Below, piece after piece: positions 34,649 through 35,688 of a DNA stretch of 35,688 bases (its first letter is position 1; each line of letters starts with the position of its first letter). The notes under the pieces were generated by a model. The model worked only from the letters and a program-made list of their open reading frames with translations. It made no database searches and was not told the DNA's origin. Source of the DNA: Candidatus Binataceae bacterium (GTDB lineage: Bacteria > Desulfobacterota > Binatia > Binatales > Binataceae); assembly GCA_041487135.1 (NCBI GenBank), contig JBGPMT010000001.1:1-35688 (forward strand), in the 5' to 3' direction. A program made the position numbers and the translations under genes.

Positions 34649-35119
34649 CTATTCGATCGTGAGCGGCGTCTCGACGAAATCGGCGGCGGCAGGATCCCAC
34701 GCGAAGGCCGCTGCGCGCGCGAATTTACCGCCGCGCACCGAGATCACCAGGTAGGTGGTCTCGGGATAATCGGGCTCGGCGGGATCGAACGAGCAGGCCT
34801 GCGCGCGATCGGTCGGCGAGAAGTAGGCGTCGTGATCGGGATGCGAATGATAGACGAAGCGCAGCGGCAGCTTCAGCCGGTCGCTCTCCTCGAGCACCGT
34901 CAGATGTTCCTTGGGCTCCATCAGGTAAGCGGTGCGCGCATCGCGCGGGAAGGCGGCGGGGTTCTCGGCGTGCCTGCGATTCTGGACATTGGTGATCGGG
35001 CGGACCTGCTCGCGGGGGCCGTCGCCGATCACGAATCCGCAGCATTCGTTCGGGAACTCGCGTTCGCCGTGCGCGATGATCGCCTCCATCGCGGCGCGGG
35101 CGATGGTCAGTTTTCGCAT
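34649..35119 (-). CDS. JAB/MPN (JAMM) domain metalloprotease, Mec+/Mov34-like
   Basis: Track ORF 34649..35146. ATG 35119 gives MRKLTIARAAMEAIIAHGEREFPNECCG (conserved Glu). Exact JAMM motif HSHPDHDAYFSPTD (HxHx7Sx2D). Confidence 0.85.
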   Translation of the reverse strand: MRKLTIARAAMEAIIAHGEREFPNECCGFVIGDGPREQVRPITNVQNRRHAENPAAFPRDARTAYLMEPKEHLTVLEESDRLKLPLRFVYHSHPDHDAYFSPTDRAQACSFDPAEPDYPETTYLVISVRGGKFARAAAFAWDPAAADFVETPLTIE

Positions 35120-35250
35120 CGTCGGTTGCGCGGCTCCTCGAAGCATCGTATCCGATGGCCGGGGCTACAACATACTTGCTCCGCTTCGGAGCCGTCTGAT
35201 AGCGTCGGCGGGTCACGCGCGCGGCATAATCGACCGCGCTTAGCTCCTGA

Positions 35251-35325
35251 GTCCCCGTCGTCTAGCTCGGCCTAGGACACCGGCCTTTCACGTCGGTAAC
35301 ACGGGTTCAAATCCCGTCGGGGACG
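35251..35325 (+). tRNA. tRNA-Glu: tRNA-Glu (anticodon UUC)
   Basis: Hand-folded cloverleaf: acceptor GTCCCCG/CGGGGAC, D arm GTCT..GGAC, anticodon stem CCGGC/GTCGG with loop CTTTCAC, T arm ACGGG-TTCAAAT-CCCGT, discriminator G. CCA is not encoded. Very similar to E. coli tRNA-Glu. Confidence 0.93.
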
Positions 35326-35688
35326 CTTCGCTTTTTCGGGATTTCGGCTATTTTGACAGCCATGTTTGACAGCCACCGGCCGGTCCGAAGTCAGCTGGTG
35401 AAATCGCACCAAGCTCGTCTTCTGGTGTAGAAATTAGGCGGCGCCGCGCAACGGGGTTGTGGAATCGTTATAAGAACTTCCCAATGCGCAGCATGAACTG
35501 AGCAGCTTGGAACGAAGCAATCTCAGGGAATTGCATTACATAACGCCGATTTCGAACGTAACTTCGATTCGGCGTTTGGGCATCCTTTCGCATAAGCTTG
35601 CAGCTCGAGTATCGCACGACTCGGTTGCGATGGCCGAAATCCAAAATAGGCGATCGGGAGTGGTCGTTCCTGGTGGTAGACCGTTGCA
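35326..35688. mobile_element. possible left boundary of a tRNA-Glu-associated genomic island (truncated by the window edge)
   Basis: Visible drop in GC directly 3' of the tRNA. The segment includes tandem TTTGACAGCCA repeats and a toxin-like ORF. No integrase or att duplicate is visible in the 363 bp available. Confidence 0.3.
35507..35688 (+). CDS. DarT-like (DUF4433) ADP-ribosyltransferase toxin, N-terminal part only; ORF runs off the right edge
   Basis: Not in the ORF track because there is no stop before the edge. The frame opens after TAA 35471-35473. From TTG 35507 it reads MERSNLRELHYITPISNVTSIRRLGILSHKLAARVSHDSVAMAEIQNRRSGVVVPGGRPL(H/Q). This resembles the DUF4433 N-terminus as I recall it (hYHhT..N..SI...G.LS ... 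IQ.RR ... VP.GG.LHDY). The start codon is uncertain. Confidence 0.5.
   Translation, partial: MERSNLRELHYITPISNVTSIRRLGILSHKLAARVSHDSVAMAEIQNRRSGVVVPGGRPL

Noticed and set aside
34586-35275. 229-aa + strand ORF spanning the JAB gene region and reaching into the tRNA
   Set aside because: Antisense shadow of the JAMM protein gene. It overlaps the tRNA-Glu 5' end and has no motifs.
35542-35577. Interrupted hairpin AACGCCGA-TTTCGAA...TTCGA-TCGGCGTT after the tRNA
   Set aside because: It falls inside the DarT-like reading frame (ITPISNVTSIRRL) and has no flanking U-run. More likely coincidental with coding sequence than an att site or terminator.
1-35688. CRISPR arrays, rRNA genes, IS elements/transposases, and over-representation of GCGATCGC (HIP1-like)
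   Set aside because: No regularly spaced repeat arrays, rRNA-like segments or transposase ORFs were seen. The frequent GCGATCGC/CGATCG strings sit in coding frames as Ala-Ile-Ala/Arg-Asp-Arg-type codons and are explained by GC-rich codon usage.

Overview
GC-rich (about two-thirds G+C by eye) bacterial chromosomal window made up almost entirely of core genes. Lineage cannot be assigned from sequence alone. Layout: (1) 1-11575 is mostly a minus-strand array: leuS (runs off the left edge), an O-methyltransferase, a Mut7-C-type nuclease-like protein, a convergent plus-strand alpha/beta hydrolase, an HExxH lipoprotein aminopeptidase, two half-transporter ABC exporters, a GT2 glycosyltransferase, a PolB-exonuclease-like protein and an Mrp/ApbC Fe-S carrier. 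(2) 11686-15178 holds a DUF4838-like protein, a MITE-like nested palindrome, a family III CoA-transferase and a small membrane protein. (3) 15397-31247 is a complete plus-strand dcw cluster, mraZ-rsmH-ftsL-ftsI-murE-[343 bp gap]-mraY-murD-ftsW-murG-murC-murB-ftsQ-ftsA-ftsZ. Most junctions have overlapping stop/start codons (ATGA, GTGA, TTGA). (4) 31287-35119, minus strand, holds an M20 peptidase, GTP-dependent PEP carboxykinase, a truncated GST remnant and a JAMM/MPN protein. (5) tRNA-Glu(UUC) lies at 35251-35325. It is followed by an abrupt drop in GC and an edge-truncated ORF, absent from the ORF track, whose N-terminus looks like a DarT/DUF4433 ADP-ribosyltransferase toxin. I see no complete novel multi-gene system inside the window. 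The best lead is this island start at tRNA-Glu, which is cut by the window edge. Secondary oddities: murF and ddl are missing from the dcw cluster and a structured spacer sits where murF would be; MraZ-box repeats and a perfect palindrome lie upstream of mraZ; murG contains an AT-rich promoter-like patch; FtsZ has a duplicated C-terminal peptide; FtsI carries a PASTA domain. Many long ORFs in the track are antisense shadows typical of high-GC DNA and were rejected. All product calls rest on motifs I recognise by eye. No database search was run.
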